Part shown: one piece after another, positions 63,771 to 64,000 of the stretch
How positions within the stretch are numbered: the first letter of the stretch is position 1
How the letters are laid out: each line of letters begins with the position of its first letter
Origin: Botryllus schlosseri
Lineage: Eukaryota
Assembly (NCBI GenBank): GCA_051294905.1
Contig: CM119371.1
Coordinates: 12,898,001-12,962,000 of the forward strand
DNA length: 64,000 bases
Reading direction: 5' to 3'
Notes under the pieces: model-generated
The model's input: only the letters and a program-made list of their open reading frames with translations
Database searches by the model: none
What the model was told of the DNA's origin: nothing
Translations under genes and position numbers: made by a program

Positions 63771-64000
63771 GGGCTGGGCAAAATCGAGTACCTGAGTGAT
63801 TCGATTCTGAATCACGTAAAATGCTTCGTAATCGAGTATCACTCATTATGACGTCACAACAGAATGTAATATGTCAAAATTCAAATATGTTCCTTTTAAG
63901 CGACGACAAAGACTATTATTCCTGGTATCCATCACATGAAAGATACTTTGGTATTTTTCGACCATGCTGATTTCATTGCACTTGGTGACAATGTTGTGGG

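Overview
AT-rich eukaryotic (metazoan-like) DNA made almost entirely of nested transposable elements; the species cannot be determined from the sequence. Main components: (1) a diverged ~6 kb duplication (2572-8790 and 14712-21560 plus 31147-31225) that provides empty-site controls for later insertions; (2) a Harbinger element (21561-31146, TAA TSD) whose transposase is interrupted by an ISL2EU-type element (22042-27259, AT TSD, long TIRs). In that element the THAP-DDE transposase gene and the SWIM-YqaJ exonuclease gene are interlocked on opposite strands, each with its catalytic exon in the other's intron; (3) an R4/Dong-like restriction-like-endonuclease non-LTR retrotransposon with head-to-tail truncated copies (47355-53725) inside hAT-type termini; (4) a young gag-only BEL/Pao LTR element (57984-60972) with matching LTRs, no tRNA-type PBS and a possible self-priming structure; (5) hAT, Chapaev-like and L2/CR1 remnants, tRNA-derived SINEs, many hAT MITEs with 8-bp TSDs, a candidate minimal hammerhead ribozyme, and three frame-compatible exons of a possible host gene (44338-63034). 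Family names come from motif recognition only; no searches were run.
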